Source of the DNA: the human T2T-CHM13v2.0 reference genome, Homo sapiens
Assembly: GCF_009914755.1 (NCBI RefSeq)
Contig: NC_060947.1
Reading direction: 5' to 3' (one strand)
Length of the DNA: 64,000 nucleotides
Positions 1 through 11,689 of the stretch are shown in pieces (the stretch's first letter is position 1; each line of letters begins with the position of its first letter). The position numbers and the translations under genes are program-made. Below the pieces are notes generated by a model. The model saw nothing but the letters and a program-made list of their open reading frames with translations, ran no database searches and was not told where the DNA came from.

Positions 1-504
1 ATTTGAAAAAGATACTTGCACACGCATGTTTATAGCAGCACACTTCACATCTGCAAAATTGTGGAACCAATCAAAATGCCCATCAATCAACGAGTGGATA
101 AAGAAACTGTGGTATATATATATGCGATGGAATACTACTCAGCCATAAAAAGGAATGAATTAACAGCATTTGCAATGACCTGGATGAGACTGGGGACTAT
201 TATTCTAAGTGAAGTAACTCAGGAATGGAAAATCAAACATCATATGTTCTCACTGATATGTGGGAGCTAAGCTATGAGGACACAAAGACATAACAATGAT
301 ACAATGGACTTTGGGGACTTAGGGGGAAGAGTGGGAGGGGGTGAGGGATAAAAGACTACAAACACACTGCAGTGTATACTGCTCGGGTGATGGGTGCACC
401 AGGATCTCACAAATCATCACTAAAATACTTACTCATGTAACCAAATACCACTTGTACCACAATAACTTATGGAAAAATAAAATAAAATAAATAAATAAAA
501 TAAA
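1..504 (+). mobile_element. LINE-1 3' end (L1PB1-like): ORF2 C-terminus, 3' UTR and A-rich tail; runs off the window start
   Basis: ORF 16..270 ends ...HHMFSLICGS (L1 ORF2 C-terminus); 3' UTR gggagctaagctatgagg...ctcatgtaaccaaatacc; (AAATA)n tail to ~504. Confidence 0.9.
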
Positions 505-959
505 TCTGAGTTAGAATAATAGTTTGGAATCTAGAATGGAAAATAAAGCCATCAGTGAAAATACCAGAAAGATTGCTAAATTTGGAGGTGAATATCTGAA
601 ATGGTTTTTCCTCTAGATAGATATTAGTTTTTTAGTATAAATAATTTATAAATACTTAAAATCATATTTGGTTTAAAATTTTAAAATATTTCTGAAAGTA
701 CATTTGGATTATTTTGTTTTACTATCATTCAATTTCCTTGTAAATAGTTATGACCAGTATTATATGATAATACATGAGACAATATTTTTTAAAGAAAAAC
801 TATCTTACCTCTCAAGTTAGTTTTTCTCTCTTTCCCGTCAGAATCTAACTCAAAACTTCAAGACTACTATGCTAAAGTATTCTCCTACTTAAAAACAAAC
901 AAACAAAAAACACAATAGCTTTTTCTTGAAGGGGGAAGCAACATGCCCCATCACATTAA

Positions 960-2590
960 AACTTTCTTATTGATGGTTCCCTTAATCTACAATTGCACCA
1001 GCCCATCAAAAATCAATTATGGATCTCCCCAACAGTTCTCACACTTGTACTCTTGAGAGCTCCTAGAGAAAATCTTACAACACACAAATATTTGCAACTG
1101 GAAATCCAAGACCTCTAACCTCAGCTGGATCATCAACTCTTTCTCCCACAGCAGTGATTTCAAACTTTCACCAATCTTATTAAACCTTCAACCCACAACC
1201 TTAACTCTCAGCAGATAACTTTTCCTCCTACTTCACAGCAGAAACTTAAGCTATCCCCTGAGTAACAGCAATTTTTTACCCCAGGGTTTTTTATCAATAT
1301 TTTTTCAACTTTTTATTGTGGAAACCTTTAAACATACACAAAACTAGAGGGGGATGGTATAATGAACCCTCATGTATGTATCATCCAGCTTCAATAATTA
1401 TCAACTCATGGCCAGTATTGTTTCATTGATCACACTGATTGCAGTTTTTTTTAAACTGCCTTTTAAATCATTCTTTCTTACTTTCCTCCCATCATTTGTC
1501 TCAGTCCATTTTGTGTTGATATAAAAGAATACCTGAGACTGGGTAATTTATTTTTAAAAAGAGATTTATTTAGCTCATAGTCCCGCAGGCTGAGAAGTTC
1601 AAGGACATGGCCTTGGCTTCTGGTGAGGGCTTTTGTGCTGCATTACAACATGGTGGAGGAGGTAAAGAGGTCCAACTAAGAGGAAAAACATTGCTTTATA
1701 ACAACTTGCTCTCTCAGGAAATAATCTATTCCCTCAAGAACTAATCTAGTTTTGCATTAGCAAGAACTCACTACCAGGAGAACAGCATCAAGCCATTCAT
1801 GAGGGATTGAGCCCTATGACCCAAATACCTCTCACTAGGCCCCATCTCCCAACACCACCACAATGGGGATCAAATTTCAACATGAGTTTAGATGGGGACA
1901 ACAGACCACATCCAAACCATAGCATCACTGTAAAAGAAGTTTCCTTTCTGAGATTATTCTCTGTATCAAGATCTGGATCCTATCCCTTCCAGCCTCTTCA
2001 AACATTTGCTGTATTTAAAACATTCCCTGTATATTAAGTGATTTCGGTCGGTATTTAAATATTATTAATTTATTTTTGTTTTAGGAATGCTGTGCTCTCT
2101 CTCTGTCTCTTGACGACACTGTATATCTTTTTGGCTAATATCCCATTTTTCATCTTCCATTTTTAGCCAAGAATCTAGAAAAGGTATTCCACACTCACTG
2201 TTTCTGTTGTATTATTCCCTCCCACACCTCAATTCAAGCAAAAGGATTTCCAGCCACACCATGCTGCTGAAACTGCTCTTATTGAGTTCAGTGAGGCTAA
2301 CTGATTTTGGTAAGCCTTCTCAACTCATGTCCTGCGACTTGTGAAACATTTGACATAGATCCCTCTCTGTGACTAGCAAAGCTTCCTTGAACTCCTTCTT
2401 CTCCTTGATCCCATGAGTACACTTTAGCCTGTATTTCCTCCTACATTGCTGGCCTCTCCTTTCTGTTTCCTTCGCTGACTCTTTGTTTCTTTCATGTGGG
2501 TGTTCCCTGGGATCTTTCCTTGGTTCTCTTTGCTTCTCATTTACACTATTTTGGAGCAATCTAACCCACTGCCTATGTCATCACCATCTG
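960..2590 (+). mobile_element. Degraded L2 fragments, interrupted by an old L1M 3' piece (~1300-1430, minus) and an MST LTR
   Basis: C/T-rich L2-like text, e.g. cagataacttttcctcctacttcacagcagaaa and ctgaaactgctcttattgagttcagt; boundaries approximate. Confidence 0.6.
1497..1924 (-). mobile_element. MaLR solo LTR (MSTB-like)
   Basis: TG...CA termini (tgtctcagtccatttt ... ccaaaccatagca); gaatacctgagactgggtaatttat core; 5-bp TSD tcatt (1492-1496) / tcact (1925-1929). Confidence 0.85.
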
Positions 2591-2591
2591 T

Positions 2592-3496
2592 ATAGTTTTT
2601 CTCAAACATTTGGAATCAAATGCGATAACGATACACTAGGACCAACAATTTTTTAATTAAAAGATACGTTTCTATTTGTAAAATGAAAAATGCAAAATTA
2701 TTACTAATGAACTAATGACAATAGTTTCATAACAGAGAAAGTGAGGACATTTGCAACCTTTCCTTTCCGTATGTCTATCTCACTGAATGTTGAATAACTT
2801 GAGTTTTAAGCAAAATCTCATATTTATCTGCTGCTTCTTCTTCCTCCTTTTATACTCATTTAGAAGGCCCTAATTCACAATTTTGAGATGTAGAAATGAC
2901 ATCATGTGTTTGTTGCATTTACCAGTTTTGGATACCGGATTAAAGATAGACCAAAAATTATGAAGAGAATTCTAACTAAAAATTAATGTTTTGTCAGATG
3001 CTAAGCTGAATCACATATCAGAAAAAATTAGAGAGATGAATGTTTTAGTTTGGGAAACAGCATTAAATATATTGCTGATCTGTTCTGTGGTCATATTCCT
3101 CTCCGAAAATATTTCATCATATTCAGATGCAGTACTTGGAGGTGATTTAAAAATATGCTCCATGATACATCAATTACTAGTTTTTTAACGATTGAAGAAA
3201 ATCATCCAGTGTTGGGAAAGACTCAACTCTTGGAATTGAAAATTTTACATCACAATTTAGTCATCATAAGACATCCTATCTTATTATCACTGGAAAACCA
3301 TGACTTTTGGTCCTGAAGTGACAAGATGTAATTGTTGAGTATCTTTCTAAGTAATTCAGCTTGAACAAGCCACTTAGAATCAGAGACTTAGTCTTTACTG
3401 GCATTATTTGTGATGAAGAGGTATTATTATCTCAACAGTCATTTCAAATTCTCATGTGACCAAATTCCCCCAACACCCAGTTTAATTGAAAGCGGA
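2592..3496 (-). mobile_element. Ancient hAT-Charlie DNA transposon remnant with a decayed transposase C-terminal dimerisation domain
   Basis: Minus-strand translation ~3010-2741 across frameshifts reads LASDKTL..SLHNFWSIF..YPKL..STSQNCELGPS..KKKQQINMRFCLKLKLFNIQ, matching the hAT-C motif (FW..YP.L..STYLCE.GFS); left end resembles the Charlie TIR (tagtttttctcaaac). Confidence 0.65.
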
Positions 3497-3544
3497 AAAG
3501 CAGGCTTGAAATGATACATGTTCAGTGACCACATCTGAGTTGCC

Positions 3545-3705
3545 TTCACATTTTTCACTAAGAGGGGAGTGTTGTTATTCCTCATTTATAGATGATAAAG
3601 CTGAGATTTAAAGAGGTTCACTGACTATGCCGTTGATTACACAGTAGCAAACTGGAACTTGACCCTTATCATTCTGACTCTAAGTGCTAATCTTTATCAA
3701 TGTCC
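3545..3705 (-). mobile_element. MIR SINE fragment
   Basis: MIR core ttattcctcattttatagatgataaagctgagatttaaagaggtt. Confidence 0.7.
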
Positions 3706-3740
3706 TATGCGATCTCCCATGAGAGTCCCACTGCATGTAG

Positions 3741-4057
<317 letters not shown>

Positions 4058-4197
4058 CAGAGTTATTTTCTAAAACTCAAATAGAGCTGTCCCTTTCTTC
4101 TGGCTAAAATCTCTCCATATCTCTCCATAGCCCTGGGGGAAAGTACAAACTCCCCCTCATTCATGTAAAGTGCCTCTAAGTCTGAATCTTGCTTCTT

Positions 4198-4735
4198 TTT
4201 CTGTTCTAATTACTATGGTTGCATAACAACGCTCCAAAACCTAGTAGCATAAAACAACCATTTATTATGTTTATGAATTCTTTTGGTCAAGAATTCAGAT
4301 AGGATGCAGACACAGAGAAGAAGGCTTATCTCTGCTCCACGCAGCATCAGCTAAGGCAGCTTGAAGGCTGGGGTCTGGAATCATCTAAGGCTTGTTCACT
4401 CACACATCTGATGGTTGATGCTGGAAAGACTCCAACAGCTGAAGCTAAAATAGCTGGGGCTTCTCAAGCTCCTCTCTGTCTCTCTCTCTCTTCTCAAGCT
4501 CTCTCTCTGTCTCTGTGTCTGTCTGTCTCTCTCTCTCTCTCTGTCTCTCTCATCTGTCAGTGTGGTCTCTCCAGCATGGCAGCACCAGAGCTCCAAGGTG
4601 TGTATAGCTAGGAAGAGAGCCAGGCAGACACTTTGGTAACCTAACCTCTGAAGTCACGTAGAGTCAGTTCTGTGTATCTTTCATTAGAAGTGAATCACTA
4701 AAGCTGGCTCAATATTCAAGAGGATTCTATGATCC
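4198..4735 (-). mobile_element. MLT1-family MaLR LTR containing a (CT)n tract at ~4473-4551
   Basis: ttgcataacaacgctccaaaacctagtagcataaaacaaccatttattatg start and gctggggtctggaatcatct core, typical of reverse MLT1. Confidence 0.75.
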
Positions 4736-4959
4736 TGTATGGGAAAGAGATGCTAATCAAATAGTCTCACAAATATATAATAAAGTACTGCGATACAAGG
4801 AGTTATGACAGCATAGATCAGGATACCTGAACTGGTATGAGGCATCCATGGCCCAAGGAAAGTGGGATTTGAGCTTGTCCACCAATCTCTCTCTCCCATG
4901 GGCATCCAAAATAGCTTTATGTGTGTGTAGCATGACTCTAATGATTATTTACTCTAACT

Positions 4960-5060
4960 ATTCATATTTGAGGACAAAGACTTTGTCTTATTCATCTTGA
5001 TACCCCCTACATCTAGTACAGTGACCGGCATGTAAGCACATTCAATATTTGTTAAGAAGA
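4960..5060 (+). mobile_element. L2 3' end
   Basis: gaggacaaagactttgtcttattcatc...acagtgaccggcatgtaagcacattcaatatttgttaa. Confidence 0.65.
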
Positions 5061-5304
5061 AGAAAGTATTTTGGGAAATAAGAGTGACATTTGAAAGAAC
5101 TTTCTTTCCATTTAAGTATGTAGGGAAAATCCCCCACGTTTCCCATTTTTGTGACAAGATCTTAGAAAGTGGGCTAACTCTACTTGGAATGGTTTTTCTT
5201 AACTAGCCAAGGAAGGAGTGTTTGCTTTCTTCCTGTTTGAACTGGCCTTAGCAAAATAGGCAAAGTTTCTTTTTCATGTTCTCAGTCTTTCCTTTCTCTG
5301 TCCC

Positions 5305-5788
5305 TGTGCAATTTTAAAGCATGGCTCCAATGTTTTCTGACACTCCTACAACTAAAAGGTGAAATCTATATCGCTTTCCTTTGAATCTGGGATCTGTGAC
5401 TGCTTAGCCAGTTGAATATGACAGAAGCGATGTGCGAATTTCTGAGGCTAGGCCTTAAGAAATTTGAAGTTTCCACTTCTTGTCCCTTGAGATTATCACC
5501 CTCATAACCCAGCCACCATGCTATGAGGAAGCCCAACTACCTTATGGAGAGCCCAACATGAAGAGGAACCAATAGCCAGTATCAACTTGTCAGCTATATG
5601 AGTGAGCCATCTTGGAAGTAGATACCCTGGCCCACGTTAAGCCACCCCAGATGGCAACACATGGAGCAAAGACAAACTGTCCCCACTGAGCCCTGCCCAA
5701 ATTTCATATTCATAAACAAATGAAATGATTGTTGCCTTTTAAGCCATTAAGTCTCTTAGTGGTTTTGTATACAGCAAGAGATAGAACA
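5305..5788 (+). mobile_element. MLT1 LTR (MLT1H-like)
   Basis: cagccaccatgctatgaggaagccc and gagccctgcccaaatt...ttttaagccattaagt...acagcaagagatagaaca. Confidence 0.8.
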
Positions 5789-6064
5789 TTCCCCTTCTTT
5801 GACCCCTCCTTTCCCCATCTTTTCCCTCCCTGTTAGTTTCACTTGCTTTTCCCCAAATCTGTCACACAATCAACACATACTTTTTACTTCTTGGGAAAGG
5901 ATTTGTTCAGTATTGTTATTCTTTTTATAAGATGAACAACTAAGACTCTATCTTGTTAATTTCCATATGGACTTAGTAAAAGCACAATACATTTTACTTA
6001 TTTGGATTAGATTGATTTCAGTCGCTTTCACCAGTTTTCTATTATTTTTAATAAAAGATGTTCA

Positions 6065-6178
6065 CAGCACTCCCTATACCTACTAAATCAGATGTTCTAG
6101 AGTGGAGCCTGGAAAGCTACATTTTTATAAGCTTCCCAGGTAATTTTTACACATATCAAAATTTGAAAATCTTGCTGT
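6065..6178. mobile_element. MER5-like hAT-Charlie MITE fragment
   Basis: aatcagatgttctagagtggagcctggaaagctacatttttataagcttcccaggtaatt...tttgaaaatcttgctg. Confidence 0.6.
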
Positions 6179-6199
6179 ACTGGTTATTTAAAGGTTGTT

Positions 6200-6702
6200 T
6201 GCTATTATTAAAAGTCCAATAATAGCAGATGTTGGTGAGGTTGCCGAGAAAAGGAAATTATTTTATACTGCTGTTGGGAATGTAAATTAGTTCAGCTACT
6301 GTGGAAAGCAGTTTGGAGATTTCCCAAAGAACTTAACACAGCTACCGTTTACCTAGCAGTACCATTATTGGGTATATACCCCAAAGAAAATAAAGTTTTC
6401 TACCATAAAGACCCATGTACTTGTATGTACATTGCAGCACTATTCACAATAGCAAAGACATGGAATGAGCCTAGGTGCCCATCAGTGGTGGATTGGATAA
6501 AGAAAATGTGGTACATATACACCATGGAATATTATGCAGCCATGAAAAAGAATGAAATCATGTCCTTTGCAGCAACATGGATGCAGCTGAAGGCCATAAT
6601 CCTCAGCAAATTAACGCAGGAACAGAAAACAAATATCACATATTCTCACTTATAAGTGGGAGCTAAACATTCGTTACTCATGAACATAAAGATGGGAACA
6701 AT
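6200..6702 (+). mobile_element. L1 3' fragment (L1PB/L1PA16-age), cut at the start of its 3' UTR by the KRT18 retrocopy
   Basis: ORF 6368..6655 is the L1 ORF2 C-terminus (GIYPKE...[11 protein letters not shown]...WIKKMWYIYTMEYY); homology stops at aaagatgggaacaat. Confidence 0.9.
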
Positions 6703-6703
6703 G

Positions 6704-7759
6704 AGTCATCAGCAAAGCCTGAGTCCTGTCCTCTCACTCTCCTCCCTGGCTAGCATGAGCTTCACCACTTGCTCCGCCTTCACCAACTACTGGTCCCCGG
6801 GTTCTGTCCAGGTGCCCAGCTATGGCACCCAGCCTGTCAGCCACGCAGCCAGCGTCTATGCAGGCCTGGGGGGCTCTGGTTCCCGGATCTCCGTGTCCCA
6901 CTTCACCAGCTTCTGGGGTGGCATGGGGTCCGGGGGCCTGGCCACGGGGATGGCCGGGGGTCTGGCAGGAATGGGAGGCATCCAGAACGAGAAGGAGACC
7001 ATGCAAAGCCTGAGAGACCGCCTGGCCTCCTACCTGGACAGGGTGAGGGGCCTGGAGACCGAGAATTGGAAGCTGGAGAGCAAAATCCAGGAGCACCTGG
7101 AGAAGAAGGGACCCCAGGTCAGAGACTGGAGCCATTACTTCAAGACCATGGAGGACCTGAGGGCTCAGATCTTTGCAAATACTGTGGACAACGGCCGCAT
7201 CGTTTGACAGATCGACAATGCCCGTCTTGCTGCTGATGACTTTAGAGTTAAGTATGAGACAGAGCTGGCCATGCACCAGTCTGTGGAGAGCGACATCCAT
7301 GGGCTCTGCAAGATAATTGATGGCACAAATGTCACTCGGCTGTAGCTGGAGACAGAGATCGAGGCTCTCAAGAAGGAGCTGCTCTTCATGAAGAAGAACA
7401 ACGAAGAGGAAGCAAAAGGCCTACAAGCCCAGATTGCCAGCTCTGGGTTGACCGTGGAGGTAGATGCCCCCAAATCTCAGACCTTGCCAAGAACATGGCA
7501 GACTCCCGGGCCCAATATGACAAGCTTGCTCGGAAGAACCGAGAGGAGCTGGACAAGTACTGGTCTCAGCAAATCGAGGAGAGCACCAGAGTGGTTACCA
7601 CACAGTCCGCCAAGGTTGGAGCTGCTGAGATGACGCTCACAGAGCTGAGACATAGAGTCCAGTCCTTAGAGATCGACCTGGACTCCACGAGAAATCTGAA
7701 GGCCAGCTTGGAGAACAGCCTGAGGGAGGTGGAGGCCCGCTATGCCCTGCAGATGGAGC
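6704..7759 (+). pseudogene. KRT18P: Processed keratin 18 pseudogene (KRT18P-type), 3'-truncated
   Basis: KRT18 5' UTR remnant gcaaagcctgagtcctgtcc; ATG 6755 (MSFTT...); intronless head and rod ([68 protein letters not shown]); stops at 7205-7207 and 7343-7345; 1-nt frameshift at ~7480; last ~94 codons, 3' UTR and poly(A) absent. Pseudogene number cannot be assigned from sequence alone. Confidence 0.97.
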
Positions 7760-8574
7760 CATCATTGTTATTTTCAAAGATTATCTTTGGGAGAGTTTGG
7801 GAGATATCATACTTACATGTCTTTGAGGGCAAGCAAGTTGTTGTATGCTGGTTTGCTTATTAAATCAGGTAGGCAGTTGTTGCCTACAGAATGCTCTTGG
7901 CTCCAGGCATCAGATGGAGGATTGCAGTTACTTACAGGAGACCAGAGTAAGTTTAAGCAAAACATTCTTCGGTATTTACCCACCTGGCTTCAGGTACACA
8001 CATGCACATGCAAGAGACAGGACATAATGGCTCATCTGGTACATGTTCTGGCAAATGGAGTAAATCATTGAATCTGAGCCTCTTTAGAACACCCACAACT
8101 GGGGATCTTCATATATTTGGAAGAAGATGCCTACAAGGAAATCCCAGTAAACATCTGGCCAAATTCCCCTGGTTTCTTCTGGGAATATTAGGGGCCTGAC
8201 ATCCTACTTCAATATTGAAGCAGATGTACTGGCTTATGGGCTGAAAGCTTGAAAAGAGATTTGGACAGCCTGACTGAAAATCAGCCACAGTTTTTAAGAA
8301 AAGTCAACACACTCTGCAATTTATTTTCCTTTGGATGTGGCTTTTATGAGCATTCCATTAAGTGGAAAAAATTCAGTCTAGATTATTAAATCTCAATTAG
8401 AGTGAATGCTTAGAGAACAGGATATTTTGACATCAAAATTTATTAATTTACTTACGATTAAAAACATCCCATTCTCTTTCAACCCTTGTTATTAAAAAAT
8501 AACAACACTCTAGCATATTCTGTCTTAATAAGAATAGTGTAAAAAAATAGTGTAGCAAACAGTCTGAATCTGTG

Positions 8575-8765
8575 TGAATTACTTAACCTCTGTGTGCCTC
8601 AGTTCCCTTGTTTTTTTTAAAAAGGAAGAATAATAGTAACTCAAAAGATTGTTGAAGATTAAATTAGTTAATATATGAAAGTGCATAGAACACTTTTTGG
8701 CACATAGTAAGCACAAGATAAGTGTTAGCTATTTTATTATTGTTTTTGTTATTAATTATTGTTAT
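8575..8765 (+). mobile_element. MIR SINE
   Basis: ttacttaacctctgtgtgcctcagtt core and ggcacatagtaagc...tgttagctatt tail. Confidence 0.85.
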
Positions 8766-8894
8766 TTGTAAAGAAATCATATCACTAGGCAACTTTTCTT
8801 TTTGTACAGACCTATAGGTAAAGATGTAACTGGAAGAACTATGGAAATCAGGTTGATGCAAGGAAAACCCGACTATTCCCTAGGAGTGAAATAA

Positions 8895-8988
8895 GGATCT
8901 TTTTTGTTCACCTCTGAATCTTCATAATCTTGCATCGTGCCTGGTCTGGCACACGATCGTGTGCTCAATAAACCGTTGAATAAATGAT
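8895..8988 (+). mobile_element. L2 3' end
   Basis: ttttgttcacctctgaatc...tggcacacgatcgtgtgctcaataaaccgttgaataaatg. Confidence 0.65.
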
Positions 8989-9149
8989 GGTTCCTAAAAG
9001 TGAATGCTTGTTCCTTTTCTTGTCTTCTGAACCTCTTCTTAGAGCTTGAGTGTGGCAAGAGGGATCTTTAATAATTATCATTAATTAGATTCTGTGTCAT
9101 TGAGTGTGACTATTTTCTTTCATTTTTTAATATAGCAACAACACTTATT

Positions 9150-9330
9150 ATTTTTTGTCTCCCCCCAGCTTTATTAAGGTGTACTTGACAAATAAAAATA
9201 GTATATATTGACAGTATACAACATGGTGTTTTGATAGATGTATACACTGTGAACTGACTAAATCAAGCTAATTAACACATCTGTCACCTCACATACTCAT
9301 CATTTTTCATTTCTTATTTCTTGTTAGAGG
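9150..9330 (-). mobile_element. L1MA-type 3' UTR fragment
   Basis: cagctttattaaggtgtacttgacaaataaaaat...aaatcaagctaattaacacatctgtcacctcacatact. Confidence 0.75.
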
Positions 9331-10364
9331 AACTCGATGGAAGTAAAGAGGAGATAAGTGGAACCAGAACCCAAGAAAGAGGTGAAACAGCTCACTGCAA
9401 ACTTTGTAGTCTAAAGACTTTTGATTTATCTTTGAAGTGTATTTAAGTGATAAAAAGAAAACATCTCTACTAACCAGAGTGTGATTACAGGGACTAAATG
9501 TATAAAAGACAATAATCCCCTGCCCCCCCTCCCCACCTCTCCTTTCTGGGAAAGAGTGTAGGAGTGTAATTGCAACACTCACATATCATCCAGCTTAATG
9601 TTTTGCTGTGCTGCAGAGCCCAGGCTCAGTTCTTGGTACAATCTCATTGAACTAAGTATCAAACTTGATTACAAGATTGAATCACCGGATGTTAAGTACA
9701 TGAACTTTATTACTTAGTCCACCAAATATGGACATTTTCTATAAGCTTGTTTTTCTAAAGAGTTAGTTTGTATCAAATTAGAGATACCATGGAAATGAAG
9801 AGCTATGAGTAATAAATCCCTAAAGCCTTTGACAGGAGTAGGAGTTTCCAGTCTGTTCATCTGCCATGCTCCAGATCAGGAATATATGCATTCTGTTTTG
9901 TTTTCCCCAGTGCACCACTTGGGGAGATACTTCTGCAGTGTTTATTTAGAAAGCCTCAGGCTAGATTCAAACTAAGAAAAAAAATCACTGCTGTGTCCTA
10001 ACTCACAATGAAGCTGCCTTCTTCTCCTTCCCCCTTTTAGTCCCACCTTGATCCATATGTACAGATCTTTGTTGAATGTCTTGAGATGTGGGCAGGAGAA
10101 GGGGAGATTGTTGGTAAAAATAAAGGACTCTACCAACCGTTCTTTTCAAAGCAGATGGCTTGCAAGGAACTGAACATAGACTTGCATGTCCAAAAACATT
10201 ATTCTATAAATTGCCTTTTGAAACTTAGATATCTAAATGAAAATAATAAAACAAAAATTAAGGCAGGAAAAAATATATTTCCTCATCTCCTGATTCAAGA
10301 AACCATGAGACATGAAGTATGATTTACTCTAATGGAGTGGGTTATCAGCACAATGAAGAAACTT

Positions 10365-10792
10365 ATACATCAGTTGGCTTTTGCAATGTAAAAAAAAACA
10401 ACACCTCAAAACATAGTGCTTTAAAACAACCAATTATTTCACTCTTGATTCTATAGGTTGATGGAACAGTTCTTCTGGTCTGGGCAGCCTCTACTAATCT
10501 CTGCTGGCAGGTTGGCTGGAGGCTGGATGATCTAGGACAGACTCAGTCACATAGTTGGTGTTTGGTAGGGCAACAATGATGACTCATGATTCAGCAGGCC
10601 GGCCCTGGGTTGATCCCAGGGTTCTAAGAGTGTGAGGGAAGAAGCTGCAAACCTTCTTAAGGCTTAGGCTAACAATTATGCATCACTTCCATAATATTAC
10701 GGTCAAAACAAGTCACAAGATTCAAAGGATGGGTAAGTAGATTCTATTTCTTGAAGGTAAAAGCTACAGACGATTGTGGCTATTTTTGCTGT
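10365..10792 (-). mobile_element. MLT1-family MaLR LTR
   Basis: acacctcaaaacatagtgctttaaaacaacc...cagttcttctggtctggg...catcacttccataatatt...aagtcacaag. Confidence 0.7.
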
Positions 10793-11689
10793 CTCCAAGA
10801 GGAGGTGTACATGCAATACATGGCACTTTACTCACAATTGCACTAAACAAACCCACTGCTGGAGACAGAGGTTTGATGGTGGCAAGAGTGCTGGAAACTG
10901 GACTCTAAAGACCAAGGTCCTAGAGAAGATCCTACCATCAATTACTTCCTGACCTTAAATCAGTCCACTCTCCCTCTCTGGGTCTCAATTAAATCATTTC
11001 TAAAACAAAGGATTGGGTAAGATCATCTCTAAAGTTTCTTCCAGATTTCTAAGGACTAAGAATTTAACACACTCTCAGTCTTCAAAGGCAAGATTTCCTA
11101 GTTCTAAGGATTTCAAGGAGATGGTTCAAAATTCTAAAGTTTTTTTCTTTACATTATGACTCTAATTTGGGGGAAAAATCACAGGCTATGATTACAACCA
11201 TGTACAAAGTATACTTATGCAAGAAAATATTTTAAAAATAATGGCATTGTGGTAGGATTTGGAGCTTTAAAAATTCTTTTAAAAAACTAAAAAAATTTGT
11301 TATTATCTTGACTTTTCAATAAAATGGAGTAAGTACTGTCCATGCACTCTTCCTAAGAAGAAAATGGTTGCTAGAACAACAGGACCACAATTCTCACAGC
11401 TCCCAGGAGCGACAGGGAATTAATTGCTTGTTTGACCTTTTCCATTCCCCAGTAGGTAGCAAAGAGATTGGTTAGAGGGATCCTTGCCCCCATCCCCTTC
11501 TCTCCCTGTTACATGCCCTGCCCAGACTCCCCACCAAGAGCATCACAGTTCTTGCTCAGAGGTGTACACTTAAACCTTGAATTGGAAGTTATTTTCTCTC
11601 AAATTGATAAAACTTTCAAGACAGATGCTCTGAGGAGTAAAGAAAAGAAGCAAAATCAAGGATTCGGTTAAGATTATTCATTTCTATTT

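Noticed and set aside
2991-3188. Plus-strand 65-aa ORF resembling a hAT motif (ETALNILL)
   Set aside because: The convincing transposase similarity is on the minus strand; this ORF is likely chance
6734-7473. Antisense ORFs (188 aa and 102 aa) and shifted-frame ORFs over the KRT18 retrocopy
   Set aside because: GC-rich keratin coding sequence has few stops in antisense and shifted frames; these are shadows of the parent CDS with no independent support
6755-7759. Functional KRT18 gene or intact retrogene
   Set aside because: Two in-frame stops, one frameshift and loss of the helix-termination motif and tail
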